A DNA stretch of 64,000 bases. Origin: a virus. The notes beneath the pieces were generated by a model. The model worked only from the letters and a program-made list of their open reading frames with translations, was not told the DNA's origin and made no database searches. The translations under genes were made by a program, and so were the position numbers. Position 1 is the first letter of the stretch. Every line of letters starts with the position of its first letter. This document shows positions 62,860 to 64,000 of the stretch, one piece after another. The stretch is from positions 1 through 64,000 of the IMG/VR virus record IMGVR_UViG_3300042556_001828. One strand, 5' to 3'.

Positions 62860-63216
62860 TTAAATTGCGTCATTCTTAAACGTCCGCTCGTGATCGGCGG
62901 CCGCAAGCAGCGGAAACCGCGCAATCACCCCACGAATCGTCTTGATCCTATTGGGCCGCTCCGTCTCCGAAGAGAAAAAACGCACCTTGTCATCCACCAG
63001 ATCCCACATCATCTTCGCCAGCTCCGCGCGCCTGAACACACTCAGCCGCCGAATAGCGACCGTGTAGTACACAGCGTCCTCTTCCGCTTCCTTGTCCGGC
63101 AGCGTCTCATTCTCGGGCCAGAACTGCGCCATAGAGAACGCAAGCCGGCTGAGATACTCCTGCATGAACTCTTCCCTATCCATTTGCTCCTCTTTCTGTT
63201 TGAGCTGATTATCCAT
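62860..63216 (-). CDS. Hypothetical protein
   Basis: Start moved to MDNQLK to remove the overlap with the upstream gene. Confidence 0.6.
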   Translation of the reverse strand: MDNQLKQKEEQMDREEFMQEYLSRLAFSMAQFWPENETLPDKEAEEDAVYYTVAIRRLSVFRRAELAKMMWDLVDDKVRFFSSETERPNRIKTIRGVIARFPLLAAADHERTFKNDAI

Positions 63217-63223
63217 TTTGATA

Positions 63224-63826
63224 TTAATCCCAAAGGGCTTGGAAATACTTACCAAAGAGTACAAAACCACGAGTCTTACGCTCCTGCCACGTGACATGAC
63301 CAGCTTTGTCATACCCGCCGGCAAAGAATCCATCATCAGCGTCTGGGTCCATCTGCTCGAACGCCCAGATCATCTCATTTATGACCCAGTCCCACCGCGG
63401 CGCCCCGTTGTCGTCGGGGCAGGCGGTGTTGATCTGCTCTTGGGTCAACGCCGGCGCTGACGTGCTGCGCAGATGCTCAGGCACGTCTTCGTCATCCACC
63501 ATTGGATACCCATGCTTCTTCTCTTTGAGGAGCTTGAGCATGGGCAGGATGATATGCGAAAGCGTGTCATCCATGCTCCACACGTCGTAGTCATGGATCT
63601 TGACCTGAATCTTGCGCTCGACCCGGTTATCTATCCAGTTCTCGATATCCATGAGTTTGTCGTAGATCCAGCTGTCCTTGATCTTTTCGACAAGTGCGTC
63701 GTAAGCGTCTACGTCAAACGTATCCGCGGCGACACCGCGGCCAAAGCCGCGTGCCCACAAGATCAGGTCCTTGTACCACGTTCCCGGGCGGAACCAGTGG
63801 CTATAGGGCCCAATGTAAACTTTCAT
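63224..63826 (-). CDS. Conserved phage hypothetical protein
   Basis: YDVWSMD.TL..IILPMLK.LKEKKHG.P.VD.EDVP...LFGKYFQALWD, with a GAGGT SD. Confidence 0.8.
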   Translation of the reverse strand: MKVYIGPYSHWFRPGTWYKDLILWARGFGRGVAADTFDVDAYDALVEKIKDSWIYDKLMDIENWIDNRVERKIQVKIHDYDVWSMDDTLSHIILPMLKLLKEKKHGYPMVDDEDVPEHLRSTSAPALTQEQINTACPDDNGAPRWDWVINEMIWAFEQMDPDADDGFFAGGYDKAGHVTWQERKTRGFVLFGKYFQALWD

Positions 63827-64000
63827 GCTGTAACCTCTTTTTTGGCGTCGAAGACTTCAAACGCATCCTTGTAAGGCATGAGCGCCAGCCCACGCCCGTT
63901 GTCCCACTTCACGCTGATTTGATGCCACTCGCGCGGGCCATCAAAGTTAACAGCATAAATCGTTCCCTCTAACCCGGCCGGCATGCCCGCTTCCACAGGC
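63823..64000 (-). CDS. DUF4314-like small beta-barrel protein (3' part, truncated by the window edge)
   Basis: ...PAGLEGTIYAV...QISVKWDNGRGLALMPYKD..., with an ATGA overlap. Confidence 0.55.
   Translation of the reverse strand, partial: PVEAGMPAGLEGTIYAVNFDGPREWHQISVKWDNGRGLALMPYKDAFEVFDAKKEVTA

Noticed and set aside
1-64000. Alternative genetic code (stop-codon reassignment)
   Set aside because: Genes are long and tightly packed under code 11, TAA, TAG and TGA all end genes, and no suppressor tRNA was seen.

Overview
This window is a 64 kb fragment of a large (jumbo-type) tailed dsDNA phage with a contractile tail. Essentially every real gene is on the minus strand, and the long plus-strand ORFs are antisense shadows. 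In transcription order (right to left) it holds: an early/accessory region with repeated promoter and terminator elements and a candidate ~450-nt structured ncRNA; accessory enzymes (SNF2 helicase, AlkB, HNH, PhoH, ferritin-like, actin-like ATPase, tRNA-Asn); a membrane/protease cluster that may be the lysis module; a cellular-type multisubunit RNA polymerase (beta fused to N-terminal beta', with an intein, plus a separate C-terminal beta'); the head module (prohead protease, scaffold, major capsid); and neck, sheath, tube, spike, frameshifted chaperone and tape measure genes. The strongest leads are: (1) many head-associated and accessory proteins are punctuated by K-x-A/S motifs at domain boundaries, suggesting protease-processed virion cargo polyproteins, including a 2H phosphoesterase and an SNF2 helicase; (2) transcription units are bracketed at both ends by a TAGCTNTCAG direct repeat; (3) there are two unannotated structured RNAs; (4) the RNAP has an unusual fused/split architecture. 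A Planctomycetota host is inferred, not proven. All family assignments come from motif recognition by eye, and no database searches were run.
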